Shown: positions 50,050-58,866 of the stretch, one piece after another
How the letters are laid out: each line of letters opens with the position of its first letter
How positions within the stretch are numbered: the stretch's first letter is position 1
DNA from: Acidobacteriota bacterium
Lineage (GTDB): Bacteria > Acidobacteriota > Terriglobia > Terriglobales > SCQP01
Direction: 5' to 3'
Assembly (NCBI GenBank): GCA_021818955.1
Contig: JAKASR010000002.1
Coordinates: 107,659 to 171,658 of the forward strand
Length of the DNA: 64,000 nt
Notes under the pieces: model-generated
Told to the model about the DNA's origin: nothing
What the model saw: the letters and a program-made list of their open reading frames with translations, nothing else
Database searches by the model: none
Translations under genes and position numbers: made by a program

Positions 50050-50814
50050 ATGTCGCGCGGAGCCTTGGCGGGAGCGTCGGCTCGATTGGCAAAAACGCGA
50101 GCCATCCTGGTTGTTCCATCCGCCGTTTTTCTGGTTTGGGCTGCCTCGCATCCAGCCTGGAGCCAGGCCGCCGCCGGCCCGGCGAAAACTTCCCGGCCGG
50201 CTGCCGCCGCGAGTTTCCAAAGCCATTCCGCGGAAATGGCGCCGGCAAAATCGGCATCGACTATAACGACCGCGCAAGCGCCCTGGCCGCCGGAATTCCA
50301 GAACGCTTTGCTGGCCGAGTTCGCGGCCGCGCCAGCCACGGCGCGGACCCAGCGGCGGGCGTTGCGCGGCGATCCGCGGGCGGAATTTCAATTGGCGATG
50401 GAGCGCTATCGCCGCGCCACGGCAGCAGATTTTGCGGCGGCGGCGCATTGGGCCCGGCAAGCCGCACAACAGGGTTATGCGGCGGCCGAATACCTGCTCG
50501 CCGGGCTTTACGCCGGCGGCTGGGGAGTTCCGCGCGATCTGGCGCGCGCCTATGCCTGGGCCGGCCGCGCCGCCCGCGATGCGGCGAAACCGTCCTACTT
50601 ATTAAGCTATGCCGGGCATGTGCGGCTGGCGCATCGCTGGCCTCCGCCCACGCGCCAGTTGGATATCACCGGCTCGGTGACCGGGCTGGAACTGCCAGCC
50701 TCGCCGCCGCAGGCGCGCGCCGCCCGCCGGCTGGCCGGCGCCCTGGCGCGCCGCCTCCCGCCCGCGCAACCGGCCCGCGCCCCGCGGGCGAGAAATACGC
50801 CGCCGGCGGAATGA
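50050..50814 (+). CDS. Sel1-like repeat protein, secreted
   Basis: Signal-like AILVVPSAVFLVWAASHPAWSQA. SLR unit AAHWARQAAQQGYAAAEYLLAGLYAGGWGVPRDLARAYAWAGRAA. Confidence 0.65.
   Translation: MSRGALAGASARLAKTRAILVVPSAVFLVWAASHPAWSQAAAGPAKTSRPAAAASFQSHSAEMAPAKSASTITTAQAPWPPEFQNALLAEFAAAPATARTQRRALRGDPRAEFQLAMERYRRATAADFAAAAHWARQAAQQGYAAAEYLLAGLYAGGWGVPRDLARAYAWAGRAARDAAKPSYLLSYAGHVRLAHRWPPPTRQLDITGSVTGLELPASPPQARAARRLAGALARRLPPAQPARAPRARNTPPAE
50757..50787 (+). repeat. Left copy of a perfect 31-bp direct repeat
   Basis: CCCGCCCGCGCAACCGGCCCGCGCCCCGCGG, identical to 52041-52071 (offset 1284 nt). Verified base by base. Confidence 0.9.
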
Positions 50815-50872
50815 AGCCGCGGAAATCGATTGATTTTCCAGTTAATCATCATCGCCCATTAACTCTAAGATT

Positions 50873-51280
50873 TCATATTGCTTTTTTTGGCGTTCCTTTT
50901 CCTTTGGTGTCCAGTATTTTTCGCATTAGTGGCAGTTCTAATTCTACTTTTTTATGTTGCACAGTTGGTTTTATACGTCCACGAGGACCGCGTTCCAATT
51001 GCAATAAGCCGTATCCTTCCATCGTTTTTAAGGTGCGGGAAAGGTTGGATTTCGCCCTGCCTGTCAAGCGAGCCAGCTCATCCAAGGATTTTGGCGAGTG
51101 CTCGGCAATCACTTTCAACAAGTCGCGATTGCCGGCAGAAAGCACTTTCGCAAACGATTCGATTGATGCGAACCAAATCTTCGGCTCGTTTTTGGCTACT
51201 CGCCTCTGCCCGCGCGCAATAGCCAGGGTTCGCGCCTTCATTTCCGCATAATTGGCGATGCCGACTCGCAAAGTTTTCAT
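50873..51280 (-). CDS. HTH transcriptional regulator, candidate antitoxin partner of the upstream gene
   Basis: MKTLRVGIANYAEMKARTLAIARGQ...IWFASIESFAKVLSAGNRDLLKVI...SLDELARLTGRAKSNLSRTLKTMEGYGLL (winged-helix). 4-nt overlap with 51277..51618. Confidence 0.6.
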   Translation of the reverse strand: MKTLRVGIANYAEMKARTLAIARGQRRVAKNEPKIWFASIESFAKVLSAGNRDLLKVIAEHSPKSLDELARLTGRAKSNLSRTLKTMEGYGLLQLERGPRGRIKPTVQHKKVELELPLMRKILDTKGKGTPKKAI

Positions 51281-51618
51281 TGAAATACGCCCCGTTCGCG
51301 CAGAACTGAATCCACCAGATTCCAGAAATCCTCGATCAGCTTTGCCGCATTTTGAAATTCATACCGTTTGATCGTTTGCAAGCGATGGAAATGATCTTGA
51401 GCATCGCCTTTTTGGCCTTTCACGCGATGGGCGTTATCGAAACCGGCCAATCGCTGGCCATCCGGTCCATGCAGGGTAATTGAATAATCCAGGCCATGAG
51501 GTTTCTGAGACGAAATTTGAACGGGCTTGAATTTAAACTGCACCCAATGATTTCCCTCTGTATCAACTACGAGAATCGTCCCATCCAATTCGAGCAATGA
51601 AAGAGGGTGTGCGTACAT
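51277..51618 (-). CDS. TumE/DUF6516-like protein (candidate toxin)
   Basis: 113 aa. The GFDNAHRVKGQKGDAQDHFHRLQ...YEF...LIEDFWNLV pattern resembles, from my recollection, TumE-family toxins paired with an HTH partner. Confidence 0.45.
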   Translation of the reverse strand: MYAHPLSLLELDGTILVVDTEGNHWVQFKFKPVQISSQKPHGLDYSITLHGPDGQRLAGFDNAHRVKGQKGDAQDHFHRLQTIKRYEFQNAAKLIEDFWNLVDSVLRERGVFQ

Positions 51619-51805
51619 TTTGTTTCCTCATGCTAAATTCACCTCCTCGGCCGCCAAATTGGCTGTTCCCAGCACTTTGACCGCTCCTCACGTTCCCCTT
51701 TGGGGATCAGGGCCAGGCAATTAAAGGTTATCATACAATGATAACCTTATTCAGTGATTTGACTGTTTTGTATTATGGCAAGATAATCCGCCACTGGAAC
51801 GGCCA

Positions 51806-52040
51806 ATGATCTACAAACGCGGCAAGAAGGGCATCTACCGGTATAATTATTTTGGCAGAGCCGGATGATTTACGAAACGACGCGGCAGGATAACCCATGT
51901 GTGGCCGGAGCCGGCGGCAGATTCTCGAAATGGGGCAAGACGCCTAAATCCCTGCCCATCATCCGCATGCTGCCGAGAGAATATCACCGTGACAGGGTGA
52001 TCACTCCAGAGGAAGAACGGCGCTACTTGACCGCCGTCGC
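51806..52040 (+). pseudogene. Tyrosine-integrase remnant (frameshifted and truncated)
   Basis: MIYKRGKKGIYRYNYFGRAG-stop resembles the integrase N-terminal 'M.YKRG..WWyrf' arm-binding start. In the next frame, IIRMLPREYHRDRVITPEEERRYLTA resembles the 'E.n.R.R.Lt.eEe.rLL.a' linker. No catalytic domain follows. Confidence 0.5.
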
Positions 52041-52071
52041 CCCGCCCGCGCAACCGGCCCGCGCCCCGCGG
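52041..52071 (+). repeat. Right copy of the perfect 31-bp direct repeat
   Basis: Identical to 50757-50787. It begins exactly where the integrase-like similarity ends. Confidence 0.9.
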
Positions 52072-52276
52072 ACGGCACACACCATGCAGCCGGCGCAGCC
52101 TGAGGATTAAATTCCGCGACGCTGGCAGGGCACGTTCCAATCGCGCCACCTGCAAAATCAAATACTGCCGTACCGGCAGGCTGGTCGCCAAACTGGCTGC
52201 CAACTGATATTGGCACCCGGCTGATCCACCATTTCCAGCAGGTGGGTAAGCATCGCGCTCAAGCGATGGTGACCGA

Positions 52277-52675
52277 TCATGCGCGGGTCCGCATCGAGCT
52301 GTCGAGCCGCTCCAAACCCTGCTCCTGCCCGTGCACCATAGCCACGACGATGGCGTGATTGAGGTCCACCACCGGGTTATCGGACATACATTGCAACAGC
52401 GTTTCAGTCAATCGCAGTCGATGATCGGCAGCTTTCAGCAATAGAGCCCCGCCATCGGAACTGCCATGCCGATGGTCAAATTGCACAATAATCGGTTTGT
52501 AGAAAATATCGGGAAACAAAGACACTGTGTCGTGGTATTGTGACCCATATGAAAGCCTTTTTTGGTTTAAACCTATTTCCAAACAGGTTTTACCATCAAG
52601 AAGATTTCCCTGTCTCCAAAATTCGTGAATTTTCCGGGTTAAGGCGGAGAAAATACTATGATGCCACCTCAGCAT
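52277..52675 (-). pseudogene. IS1380-family-like transposase N-terminal fragment
   Basis: IIVQFDHRHGSSDGGALLLKAADHRLRLTETLLQCMSD resembles the IS1380 N-terminus 'f.gg.lTSdaGllLLre.d.rlgLt..la.cl.D'. No DDE domain follows. Confidence 0.4.
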
Positions 52676-53521
52676 AAGATGGAAATACCATTATTAAAAG
52701 TATTAGCAGATTTCGGGGAACCTGTTGAGGCCAACAAGGTTTATCCTGAAATGAGAAAGTATTTCCCGAATATTACGGATGAGGATTTAAATGAACCTCT
52801 TCAAAGTGGTGGAAATAAATGGATAAACCGTATTCAATGGGTAAGGCAAACTCTTATTAGACGAGAAGAAATATCCAGCCCAAAATGGGGGGTTTGGCAA
52901 ATAACTGAAAAGGGTAAAAGACGTCTTCGTGTAAATGCTACACCTATTCCTGAGCCCAGCTCTCCGTCGATTTCTAATGCAAATCCACAATCAAACCCTC
53001 AGCCAAATCTACCTGAAACAAATGGTGATTTAAATTTGGAGGATATTTCGGAAGCATATCTAGAATCTTTTAAACAATTGCTATTGAATAAGCTCCATGA
53101 TTTAACCCCAGAAAGATTTGAACATTTTGCTGCTGCACTTTTAAAAGGATATGGGTTTCAAAATATAACTGTAACTGGTAGGCCAAGTGATGGTGGTATA
53201 GATGGATATGGACATTTGAAAGTGGGATTGGCCTCTATTAAGGCAGCGTTTCAATGTAAAAGATGGCAAAATCAAGTAGGCTCCCAAGAAATACAAAAAT
53301 TCCGTGGCGCAATCCAAGGACAATATGAGCAAGGTTATTTTTTTACCACATCTACATTCTCAAAAGCTGCTCAAGATGAATCCATTAAAGCCGGTGCAGC
53401 ATCAATAATATTATTTGATGGAAGACAGATTGTAAGTATAATGATTGAAAAAGGAATCGGAATCAGAAGACGACCAGTTGAAACATATGAAGATCAATTA
53501 GATCAAATATTTGAAAATTGA
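52658..53521 (+). CDS. mrr: Mrr-type (type IV) restriction endonuclease
   Basis: Mrr_N-like winged helix (IPLLKVLADFGEP...WINRIQWVRQTL). Catalytic core FEHFAAALLKGYGF...DGGIDGYG...FQCKRW. This is the most AT-rich gene in the window. Confidence 0.85.
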   Translation: MMPPQHKMEIPLLKVLADFGEPVEANKVYPEMRKYFPNITDEDLNEPLQSGGNKWINRIQWVRQTLIRREEISSPKWGVWQITEKGKRRLRVNATPIPEPSSPSISNANPQSNPQPNLPETNGDLNLEDISEAYLESFKQLLLNKLHDLTPERFEHFAAALLKGYGFQNITVTGRPSDGGIDGYGHLKVGLASIKAAFQCKRWQNQVGSQEIQKFRGAIQGQYEQGYFFTTSTFSKAAQDESIKAGAASIILFDGRQIVSIMIEKGIGIRRRPVETYEDQLDQIFEN

Positions 53522-53563
53522 TTTACTTCCAACGTAATGAAAGATTCATATCAATCAGAATCT

Positions 53564-53794
53564 TCATCCATTGGGCAGCGTGATTTCGCGGTCTTCAGCT
53601 CTCCAAGCGGCATAGCGTAACGCCTGCAATACGTCTTCGCGGTCAAGGTAGGGATAATCCGCAAGAATTTCCTCAATACTGCGTCCGGCGCCAATCTGGC
53701 CGACGATCATGCCGACAGTTACCCGCATGCCGCAAATACAGGCTTTGCCGCCCATCGTTACCGGTGTTTGCATAATGCGATCCAATCCTTCCAT
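53564..53794 (-). CDS. DUF433-domain protein (antitoxin-like), no partner gene
   Basis: GGKACICGMRVTVGMIVGQIGAGRSIEEILADYPYLDREDVLQALRYAA matches the DUF433 pattern. Confidence 0.8.
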   Translation of the reverse strand: MEGLDRIMQTPVTMGGKACICGMRVTVGMIVGQIGAGRSIEEILADYPYLDREDVLQALRYAAWRAEDREITLPNG

Positions 53795-53940
53795 AATCTA
53801 CCCCAATGCGCATAGCATATCGCGCGGCAGGACTATTCGCATGGTTCCCACTCTATTTTCTTTTCATCAAACTGCCACCATCACGCACCAGCCGGACGAG
53901 AAGGTATAATAAAATTCTTGACGGATTGGCCGCCGCTTGC

Positions 53941-54017
53941 GCGCCCTTAGCTCAGCTGGATAGAGCGTCTGGCTACGAACCAGAAGGTCGGGAGTTCGAA
54001 TCTCTCAGGGCGCGCCA
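53941..54017 (+). tRNA. tRNA-Arg (anticodon ACG)
   Basis: GCGCCCT/AGGGCGC acceptor, GCTC-AGCTGGATA-GAGC D arm, TCTGG-CTACGAA-CCAGA anticodon arm, GGGAG-TTCGAAT-CTCTC T arm, encoded CCA. Close to the E. coli tRNA-Arg(ACG) layout. Confidence 0.9.
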
Positions 54018-54020
54018 TCC

Positions 54021-54519
54021 TCAGCCGCGCCGCGCCGCTTCGATGGTTGCGATATCGATTTTTTTCATCGGCATCATCGCCTCAAACGCGCGTTTTGCCT
54101 CGGCCCCGCCTCTCCCCAGCGCCTCGGTCAGCGCGCGTGGCGTGATTTGCCAGGAGAGCCCCCAGCGGTCCTTGCACCAACCGCACGCGCTTTCCTGCCC
54201 GCCATTGCCGACAATCGTATTCCAGTAGCGGTCCGTCTCCGCCTGATCGTCGGTGGCGATCTGGAACGAGAACGCCTCGCTGGGCTTGAACTCCGGGCCG
54301 CCGTTCAGGCCGAGGCAGGGGATGCCGACGACGGTGAACTCCACCGTCAAAACCTCGCCCGCCTTGCCGCCGGGGTAATCAGCCGGCGCCTTATGGACAG
54401 CGGTTACTTCGCTGTCCGGAAAAGTCGAGGCGTAGAAACGCGCCGCATCCAGCGCATCCTGGTCAAACCAGAGGCAGATCGTGTTTTTGGGCTTCATTGA
54501 CTTGATTCTATTCCCCATA
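54021..54519 (-). CDS. VOC-superfamily protein (PhnB/3-demethylubiquinone-9 methyltransferase-domain-like)
   Basis: ICLWFDQDALDAARFYASTFPDS...EVLTVEFTVVGIPCLGLNGGPEFK...CGWCKDRWGLSWQI. The start is uncertain (54519 or 54498). The ORF track extends it to 54821. Confidence 0.75.
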
Positions 54520-54590
54520 GTAGATTCCCGCCGCGGCGAAGCCTTCACGACGCGCCATTCTAATTTCCTATATAATTTCCCGCAAAACCG

Positions 54591-54884
54591 ATGGCCCGGC
54601 GTAAACCCACTCCCCGCCCGCACGAGCCGCTGACCAGCTTTGACGCCCGGCGCGACATTGCCGGCATCATCCTCAACCGCTGGGGACATGCCTACCTCAA
54701 CCCGCAGCCCGGCTTCTTTTTCGGCAAGGATGGCGAGCCGGCGCCGCGCGAAATCCTCCGCCGCGCCCCCTTTGGCCGCATCGCCTTTGCCAATACCGAC
54801 CTTTCCGGCGCGCCCGATCACAAAACCGCGATCATGGAAGGCTTCCGCGCCGTTGGCCAGTTGCTCGACCGCGTGCTCACCTAA
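54591..54884 (+). pseudogene. Possible C-terminal fragment of an FAD/NAD(P)-dependent amine-oxidase-like oxidoreductase
   Basis: ILNRWGHAYLNP...PFGRIAFANTDLSGAPDHKTAIMEGFRAVGQLL resembles the C-terminal end of spermidine-dehydrogenase-like enzymes. Only 97 codons, with no dinucleotide-binding N-terminus. Confidence 0.35.
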
Positions 54885-54962
54885 AACGCCGGGCCGCGCC
54901 GCTTACCCCCGAATCATTCCGCTTGCGGCGGGCCGCCGGTTTGCACATGATAAAAGCCGGCC

Positions 54963-55634
54963 ATGAAAAAAGCGGCGCCGAAATCGCGCGGAAAAGCGCC
55001 GGCCGCAACCGGCGGCCCCGCGCGCAACCGCGCGATGGAATTTTTCGATCGGCAGTTTGCGCGCCAGATCGCCGCCGGCGATTTCGCCCTGAATCCATTT
55101 GAGCGGACGGCATTGCCCTTTTTATCCGGCGAGGTGCTCGATCTTGGCTGCGGGTTGGGCAATCTGGCGCGGGCGGCGGCGAAACAAGGCTGCCGCGTGA
55201 CCGCGCTCGACGCCAGCCCGCAGGCCATCGCTCACCTCGAACGCTGCGCCCGCCGGGAACAGTTGCCGATCGTGGCCCGCCAGGCCAACCTGCAACGGCT
55301 GGAATTCCTGCTCGCCGCCGGCGAGCGTTATGACGCCGTCGCCGCCATCGGGCTGCTGATGTTTTTGCCGCGCGAGCTGGCCCGGGCCGCGGCGGCCGCC
55401 ATCGCCGAACTGGTGCGCCCCGGCGGCCGGGCGGTCCTGAACGTGCTGATTGAAGGGACGACCTTCCTGGATATGTTCCAGCCGGACGGCTTTTATTTAT
55501 TCGGCCCGCGGGAGCTGCCCGAATTTTTTCCAGGGTGGAAGCAGGAGCATTTTGAGCTTTCCATTTTCCCGGCGCCGCGCGAGACCGTGAAACGCTTTTG
55601 CACGCTCATCGCGCGGCGACCAGGGAATGTATGA
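54963..55634 (+). CDS. Class I SAM-dependent methyltransferase
   Basis: Motif I VLDLGCGLGNLARAAAKQGCRVTALDAS. Confidence 0.8.
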   Translation: MKKAAPKSRGKAPAATGGPARNRAMEFFDRQFARQIAAGDFALNPFERTALPFLSGEVLDLGCGLGNLARAAAKQGCRVTALDASPQAIAHLERCARREQLPIVARQANLQRLEFLLAAGERYDAVAAIGLLMFLPRELARAAAAAIAELVRPGGRAVLNVLIEGTTFLDMFQPDGFYLFGPRELPEFFPGWKQEHFELSIFPAPRETVKRFCTLIARRPGNV

Positions 55635-55714
55635 AAGCAGCCTTTATATAAATACCCGGCGGCGAAACTTGCGCGCGCGGTCATTCGTCCAAATTCGGAA
55701 GGAGTAAACAGGAG

Positions 55715-55951
55715 ATGCCGCGCAAATTCCCGTCTGAACGCGAGATCGATGCGGTTGTGGACGTCATGGGCAGCATTGTGGCCTGGCGATGCTCGGCCTG
55801 TCGCTGGAGCAAGCTGGCCGGGGCTGGCGGAAGCACCATCGGGCAGATCAAACTGGAATTTGAAGAACACCATTGCACGGAACATCCCAAGCGGCCGCAA
55901 GCAATGAATAAACGGCTGGGCAAAGCCTTGTTTGGCAAGCTGGCTCGCTAA
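55715..55951 (+). CDS. Hypothetical small protein
   Basis: 78-aa ORF with CSAC...HHC residues. No family recognised. Confidence 0.35.
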   Translation: MPRKFPSEREIDAVVDVMGSIVAWRCSACRWSKLAGAGGSTIGQIKLEFEEHHCTEHPKRPQAMNKRLGKALFGKLAR

Positions 55952-56068
55952 GCGCCGACGGCCGAGCCGGAGGGCAGTTCAGGGCAGCCATTCGCCATCA
56001 TCGGTGAAAGCGCTTTCGGCTTTTCCATCGTTCCATAAATGTAACTGCCTATCGAAGCCAGCCTCCGT

Positions 56069-58525
56069 GTGCGACAATGCGGCCAGGCCATGCGACCTCC
56101 CCGACCTTGCACCCTGCGGCAATTGCGCTGGTTTCTTCCTCTCATTTTTATTGCCCTTTTGCCGGGCCAGCCGCCCAAGCGGCAGCCGTTCGGCAACCCG
56201 CGGGTAACGCAATATGCGCCTCGCCGCCGCTATCATGTCGTCGCCTACCGCATCCGGCTTCGGCTGCATGAGCGGCGGCGGGCCATCGCCGGCGCCGTCA
56301 CCATCACGCTGCGCCCGCTGGCCGGGAATTTCCACCGCTTTGCCCTGGATAGCGCCGGCCTGATTATCGAATCGGTGCGCCTGCTCTCGCCGGCCGGCCC
56401 GCAAAACTTACGTTTTGGGCTCACCGGCCCCGCCAATCCCGCGGCTGGCGCCCCCGCCCGGCAGGCTCCTGCTCGCGGCGCGGGCCGCCGCGCCGCCGGC
56501 ACCGATATCGGCAACACCGCCCAATCGAAGTTATGGGTGACGCTGCCGCGCGCCTTCCGGCGCGGCGAGAGCTTGCGCGTGCGCATCGCCTATCACGCTA
56601 CTCCCCAGCGCGGCTTGACCTTTCTGGCGCCCAGCGCCCGCTCGCCCCATCGTCCCGTCCAGGTCTGGTCCTACGGCTGGCCGGAAAACAACCATTATTG
56701 GTTTCCCTGCTGGGATTACCCCAACGACAAGGCGGCGAGCGAAACCATCATCACCGTGCCCGCCGGCCAATCGGTAGTCTCGAATGGCAAGCTCCTGCGG
56801 GTCACCCGCGGCGCCGGCCTGGCGACCTACGACTGGAGCGAACCGGTCCCGCACAGTTCCTACCTGATCTCGATTGCCGCCGGGCAGTGGACGGAACTGC
56901 GGCAGCATTTAGGCCGCTTGCCGGTGGATGCTTATGTGCCGTATGGCGTCAGCCTCGCCCGCGCCAGCCGTTCGTTTGGTTTGACGCCGGATATGATCGG
57001 CTTCTACAGCCGCGTCTTCGGCCTCGACTACCCGTATGCCAAGTATGCCCAGGTGGCGGCACATGATTTTCCCGGCGGTCTGGAAAACATCAGCGCCACC
57101 ACCCTGACCGATTTGACCCTGCATTCCGCCGCCGGCGAGCCGGATGAATCGTCAATTGGCCTGGTTGCGCACGAGTTGGCGCACCAGTGGTTTGGCGACC
57201 TGGTAACCGAGCGCAGTTGGGCCAATGCCTGGCTGAGCGAGGGCTTCGCCACTTTTGGCGCCGCGCTCTACGCCGGCCATCATGGCGGGCCGCACGCCTA
57301 TCGCTACCAGATTTGGCTGGATCAGCACGCCGCCCGCGCCGAAGATCGGCGCTACCGCCGTCCCATCGTGGACCGCCATTACACCCATCCCTGGGGCATC
57401 CTCGACCGCACGACTTACGAGAAAGGCGCGGCGGTGCTGGATATGCTTCGCATGACGCTCGACGGCGGCCGCGAACCGGCCTTGGCCTCGCCGCGCGAGC
57501 CTTTATTTCGCGCCTTCAGCGCCTATCTGCAGCGTTACCGGGCGCGCAATGCCGATACCCACGACCTGATCAACGCCCTGCGCCGCAGCACCGGCCGCAA
57601 CCCGCGCCGCTTTTTCGATCAGTGGGTTTATGGCGCCGGCTACCCCGCCTATCGCGCGCGCGCCAGCTATGACGCGCAACGCAAAATCGAGACGGTCGAG
57701 ATCGCGCAAACGCAAAAACCGGCGTGGCGCACCGCGCGGGTATTTGCCCTGCCCCTCGAGCTGGCGTTTGCCGGCGCCGCGGGCCAACGCCAAACCGCCA
57801 TCGTGCAGGACCGGCGCCGGCATCAGACCTTCACCTTTCCGCTGGCCTTCGCGCCGCGCTGGGTCGATTTCGATCCGCACGACTATATTTTGAAGTCGGT
57901 GGATTTTCCGCAATCGCCCCGGCAGTGGCTGGCCGCCGCGAATCAAGATCCGGTGATGATGGCGCGGCTGCAAGCCGCGCGGCAATTGGGCCAGGCTCGG
58001 CATTGCGGCTGTGGCGTGGTGAAGGGCCTGGAAAAAGTCCTCACCGGCGACGCCTTTTATGGCGTGCGCGTGGAAGCGGCGCGGTCGTTGGGGCGGCTGC
58101 GCCGGCCGGCGGCTATGCGGGCATTATTGCAGGCGCTGCAAGCGCATCCGGCACAGGCCGGCCACGCGGCGGTTCGTTTATCCAGCCGGGTGCGCGCCGC
58201 GGCGGTTGCCGCGCTGGGCAACTACAGCCTGCGGCCGCCGGCGTTTGCGCAATTGGCGCGCTCGCTCCACGCCGATCCCAGCCCGGCGGTGGCCTCCGCC
58301 GCCGCGCGGGCGTTGGGCCGTCCGGGAAGTCCAGCGTCGTATCCGCCGCTGGCCGCACGCTGGCGAAGCGCGCATTCATATCGGCTGGAAGCGGCGTTGA
58401 TTCAAGCTCTTGCCGCCACCCGCGATCCCCGCGCCCCGGCCCTGCTCCAGCAAATTTCTCAACAGGCGCCCAGCCGCATGCTGCGTCAAATGGCGAAACG
58501 TCTGGCGGCATCGGCCGCGAAATAA
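56069..58525 (+). CDS. M1-family aminopeptidase with C-terminal HEAT-like repeats
   Basis: GGLENISATT (GAMEN-like), HELAHQWFGD, WLSEGFATF. The start is uncertain. Confidence 0.85.
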   Translation: MRQCGQAMRPPRPCTLRQLRWFLPLIFIALLPGQPPKRQPFGNPRVTQYAPRRRYHVVAYRIRLRLHERRRAIAGAVTITLRPLAGNFHRFALDSAGLIIESVRLLSPAGPQNLRFGLTGPANPAAGAPARQAPARGAGRRAAGTDIGNTAQSKLWVTLPRAFRRGESLRVRIAYHATPQRGLTFLAPSARSPHRPVQVWSYGWPENNHYWFPCWDYPNDKAASETIITVPAGQSVVSNGKLLRVTRGAGLATYDWSEPVPHSSYLISIAAGQWTELRQHLGRLPVDAYVPYGVSLARASRSFGLTPDMIGFYSRVFGLDYPYAKYAQVAAHDFPGGLENISATTLTDLTLHSAAGEPDESSIGLVAHELAHQWFGDLVTERSWANAWLSEGFATFGAALYAGHHGGPHAYRYQIWLDQHAARAEDRRYRRPIVDRHYTHPWGILDRTTYEKGAAVLDMLRMTLDGGREPALASPREPLFRAFSAYLQRYRARNADTHDLINALRRSTGRNPRRFFDQWVYGAGYPAYRARASYDAQRKIETVEIAQTQKPAWRTARVFALPLELAFAGAAGQRQTAIVQDRRRHQTFTFPLAFAPRWVDFDPHDYILKSVDFPQSPRQWLAAANQDPVMMARLQAARQLGQARHCGCGVVKGLEKVLTGDAFYGVRVEAARSLGRLRRPAAMRALLQALQAHPAQAGHAAVRLSSRVRAAAVAALGNYSLRPPAFAQLARSLHADPSPAVASAAARALGRPGSPASYPPLAARWRSAHSYRLEAALIQALAATRDPRAPALLQQISQQAPSRMLRQMAKRLAASAAK

Positions 58526-58866
58526 AGCGGCCAGCGCGCGCAAGAATTAACTTATTGGCTAATAACTTATTGATGAACAACAAACTCAGGAAATATGAGC
58601 GTTTTCCAATGAAAATGAGACAGTGTGAAATATAGATAACGCCTGCCCATAAATAGCGGCATTTATTTACTTTACGCTCGCTTTTCATGGGGTTCGTTTT
58701 CGCGCGCGTGTCTCATTTCTTCTTTATGCCCTCCATGCTTTTCTCCGTGCCGCGCCGGCCAGCCGCGGATCAGCTTGCGCGGCGGCCAGCGCTTCTTTAA
58801 GATGACGGCTCAGCCGCTTTTGCGCTAGGCGCGGGGTTGGCGCCTGCGCATCCGGGAGGAACCGCC

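Larger units (their letters stand above)
50790..53930. mobile_element. Mosaic low-GC genomic island with degraded mobility genes
   Basis: GC drops abruptly right after the Sel1 gene and recovers at tRNA-Arg. The island holds an integrase remnant, an IS1380-like remnant, a TA-like pair, Mrr and DUF433. Confidence 0.65.

Noticed and set aside
50136-51251. 371-aa plus-strand ORF running from the Sel1 gene into the AT-rich insert
   Set aside because: It crosses an abrupt compositional boundary and is out of frame with the Sel1-repeat signal. It is also antisense to the HTH gene, and its translation is low-complexity.
53941-54017. tRNA-Arg as the integration site (attB) of the adjacent island
   Set aside because: The island lies on the 5' side of the tRNA. 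No partial copy of the tRNA 3' end is visible at the far island border. The only clear direct repeat (31 bp) is unrelated to the tRNA sequence.
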